Origin: an uncultured delta proteobacterium
GTDB lineage: Bacteria; Myxococcota; UBA727; VGSZ01
Reading direction: 5' to 3'
Assembly: GCA_963775425.1 (NCBI GenBank)
Contig: CAVZJB010000016.1
Span: 800,001 to 864,000, forward strand
DNA length: 64,000 nt
This document shows positions 61,795-64,000 of the stretch, one piece after another. How positions within the stretch are numbered: position 1 is the stretch's first letter; each line of letters begins with the position of its first letter. Both the position numbers and the translations under genes were made by a program. The notes under the pieces were generated by a model. That model ran no database searches. It was given only the letters and a program-made list of their open reading frames with translations, and had not been told where the DNA came from.

Positions 61795-62997
61795 TCAGAG
61801 CTTCGGCAACAACGTGCGCACGATGTCGAGCGGCAGCGCCGGCGCGAAGTGGCGGTTGGCGCCGCGCATGTCGCTCGCGGTGCACACCGCGTTCATGATC
61901 GCCTCCTCCACGCACTCGACGACGGCGCGGAACACCGGGTCGATGTGCTCGTCGGAGAGCGCGCGGATTGTGAGCACGCGCTCGGCTGACGTGCGCGGGT
62001 AGGTGTTGGCCGTCGAAAACGACAGGATGATCTCGCCCGAGCCGTGACCCGCGGAGCTGCCGGTGCGGCCGATGCCCAGCGCCGCACGCTTCGAGACGCG
62101 GTTGAGCTGGTGCGGCGTGAGCGGCGCGTCGGTGGCGACGACGCAGATGATGCTGCCGTACTCGCCGCCGCGCTTGACCACCGCCTTGTACAGCGGCGCG
62201 AGGTGCGGCCCCAGGTGGTCGCCGCCCATGCGCAGATCGACGACGTGGCCGAAGTTGGACTGCACCAGCACGCCGACGGTGAACCCGCCCGCGCGAGCGG
62301 GGAGGACGCGCGACGAGGTGCCGATGCCGCCGGCGAAGTCGAATGTGGTCATGCCGGTGCCGGCGCCCACGTTGCCCTCCGCGACGGCACCCGACGTCGC
62401 GCCCTCGAGCGCGGCGCGCACGTGCTCCGTGCGCACGTGGAGGCCGGCGATGTCCGAGAGCCAACTGTCGTCGCACTCGGCGACGACGGGGAGCACCGTG
62501 TCGTGCTCGCGGCCGATGCCCGGGTTCTTCTCGATCATGTACTGCACGCACGCATCCAGCGCCGCGCCCACCGCCAGCGTGTTGGTGAGCACCACCGGCG
62601 TCTCGAGCAAGCCCCACTCGAGGATCTGCGTCAGCCCCGTCATCTCGCCGGCACCGTTCAGCACCCAGCCGCTGGCCGCGAGGCGCTCGAGGAAGACGTT
62701 GCCCGGCGGCACGATGGCGGTGACGCCGGTGCGCGCGGGGCCCTTGCCCACCTCGAGCTTGCCGTCGCCGAAGACCACGGTGGTGTGGCCGACGCGCACG
62801 CCCTTCACGTCGGTGATCGCGTTGTTCTCGCCGGGCGGGTAGATGCCGAGGTCGATCTTGACCTCCTTGGCGAGGTCGCGAACGCGCAGGCGCGCCCCCG
62901 ACGACGGCACCTCCTCGACGGGCTCGCCCTCGACGGTCCATGCCTCGAAGCGCTGGTCGGCGTTGCCGGGGGCGTCATCGTCTTGTCGTCGCGTCAC
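61795..62997 (-). CDS. dmpA: DmpA/P1 (S58) family L-aminopeptidase/D-amidase
   Basis: NAITDVKGVRVGH, RTGVTAI, NGAGEMTG, PVVAECDDS, EGNVGAGTGM, GGIGTSSR, G|SIICVVATDAP autoprocessing site, HGSGE. Confidence 0.92.
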   Translation of the reverse strand: MTRRQDDDAPGNADQRFEAWTVEGEPVEEVPSSGARLRVRDLAKEVKIDLGIYPPGENNAITDVKGVRVGHTTVVFGDGKLEVGKGPARTGVTAIVPPGNVFLERLAASGWVLNGAGEMTGLTQILEWGLLETPVVLTNTLAVGAALDACVQYMIEKNPGIGREHDTVLPVVAECDDSWLSDIAGLHVRTEHVRAALEGATSGAVAEGNVGAGTGMTTFDFAGGIGTSSRVLPARAGGFTVGVLVQSNFGHVVDLRMGGDHLGPHLAPLYKAVVKRGGEYGSIICVVATDAPLTPHQLNRVSKRAALGIGRTGSSAGHGSGEIILSFSTANTYPRTSAERVLTIRALSDEHIDPVFRAVVECVEEAIMNAVCTASDMRGANRHFAPALPLDIVRTLLPKL

Positions 62998-62998
62998 G

Positions 62999-64000
62999 TC
63001 ACACCTCGCCTCGTGGACCGGCCCCCGCGGAACCCGCGGCGGCTCGCGCGCGCCGGCGCGCCTCGAGGCGGGCGATGGCGGGCGCGAGGATCTCGCCGAT
63101 GAGCGCCTCGTATCGCATGCCCGCACCCTCGGCGATGAGGCAGAGATCCGACCAGCCCGGCGTCAGCCCGGGCAGCGGGTTCACCTCGATGACGCGCAGC
63201 GCGCCGGCGGCGTCACAGCGCAGATCGATGCGGGCGACGTCGCGGCAGCCGAGCGCGCGCCACGTGCCGCGCGCCACCCGCTCGATCTCGGCGGCGAGCG
63301 CGGCGTCGACGGTGGCCGGGCGGTCGTAGCGGATCCTGGTCGACCAATCGAGCTTGTCGTCGAAGGCATAGACCGGGCGCGGCGCGCCGCCCGCGAGGAA
63401 CACGATCTCCATCGGCGGCAGCACGCGCGGCGCCTCCGGCGGGCCGAGCAGCCCCACCGTGAATTCGCGACCGGGGAGGTACTCCTCCGCGATGACCTCC
63501 TGGCGGTAGCGCGACAGGAGCGTGCGCGCCGCCGCGCGCAGGGCGGGCTCGTCCTCGACGACGCTCTGCGCGAGGATGCCCTTGGACGAGCCCTCGGCGT
63601 TGGGCTTCACGATCACCGGGAACGCGATGCCCGCGGGGAGCGGCTCGTCGCCGGTGAGCATGCGCACCCCGCGCGGCACCGGGACGCCGGCGGCGCCGAT
63701 CACCGCCTTGCAGAGGTCCTTGTCGAGGGCCAGCGACATGGTGGCGGCGTCCGAGCCCGTGAAGGGGATGTCGAGCATCTCGAGGAGCGCAGGGACGTGC
63801 GCCTCGCGGCTGCGCCCGCGCAAACCTTCGGCCAGGTTGAAGACGACGTCGACGCCGGCGTCCGGGAGCGTCCGCACGATGTCGGCGCCGGCCTCGAGGC
63901 GCACCACCTGGTGACCGTGCGACTCGATGGCGGCCTGCAGCGCGTCGATGGTGGTGACGGAGTCGTACTCGGCCTCGGCGTCGTCGTCGTCGGCGTGCTT
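62999..64000 (-). CDS. D-Ala-D-Ala ligase-like ATP-grasp enzyme; 5' end lies outside the window
   Basis: EAEYDS, VFNLAEG, PFTGSD, LDK, VKPNAEGSSKGI, EEYLPGREFTV, ARIDLR, IEVNPLPGL. The frame is open to the window edge. Confidence 0.9.
   Translation of the reverse strand, partial: KHADDDDAEAEYDSVTTIDALQAAIESHGHQVVRLEAGADIVRTLPDAGVDVVFNLAEGLRGRSREAHVPALLEMLDIPFTGSDAATMSLALDKDLCKAVIGAAGVPVPRGVRMLTGDEPLPAGIAFPVIVKPNAEGSSKGILAQSVVEDEPALRAAARTLLSRYRQEVIAEEYLPGREFTVGLLGPPEAPRVLPPMEIVFLAGGAPRPVYAFDDKLDWSTRIRYDRPATVDAALAAEIERVARGTWRALGCRDVARIDLRCDAAGALRVIEVNPLPGLTPGWSDLCLIAEGAGMRYEALIGEILAPAIARLEARRRARAAAGSAGAGPRGEV

Overview
A 64-kb, very GC-rich, gene-dense bacterial chromosome segment. MYXO-CTERM sorting tails, a PEGA Ser/Thr kinase, an FrzS/AglZ-like coiled-coil protein, a DUF1501 pair and many Cys-rich secreted lipoproteins point to an uncultured Myxococcota/deltaproteobacterial lineage (inference). 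Housekeeping genes (asnB-like, nhaA, comM/yifB, riboflavin synthase, ribBA, ribH, nusB, UDG, purH, gdh, tatB/tatC, miaB, tig, tRNA-Leu, prkA, qor, dmpA, ddl-like) are interleaved with accessory surface/secreted protein genes. I see no transposase, integrase, prophage or CRISPR array. The best candidate for an undescribed system is the tightly coupled minus-strand operon at 35434-39685: ferredoxin, VTC polyphosphate polymerase, DUF4956 membrane protein, HlyD adaptor and TolC, with no ABC/RND pump. It looks like a polyphosphate synthesis-and-export machine. Other highlights: a surface-anchored bacterial temptin homologue carrying a CxxCH motif, a matrixin coupled to a possible inhibitor/chaperone, heme/CBM lipoprotein plus Tat-DUF1501 modules, a GTAG-type REP family, a frameshifted nusB, a RibBX-type degenerate cyclohydrolase, and a recurring leaderless-promoter signature. 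All family assignments come from motif recognition by eye; no database search was run.
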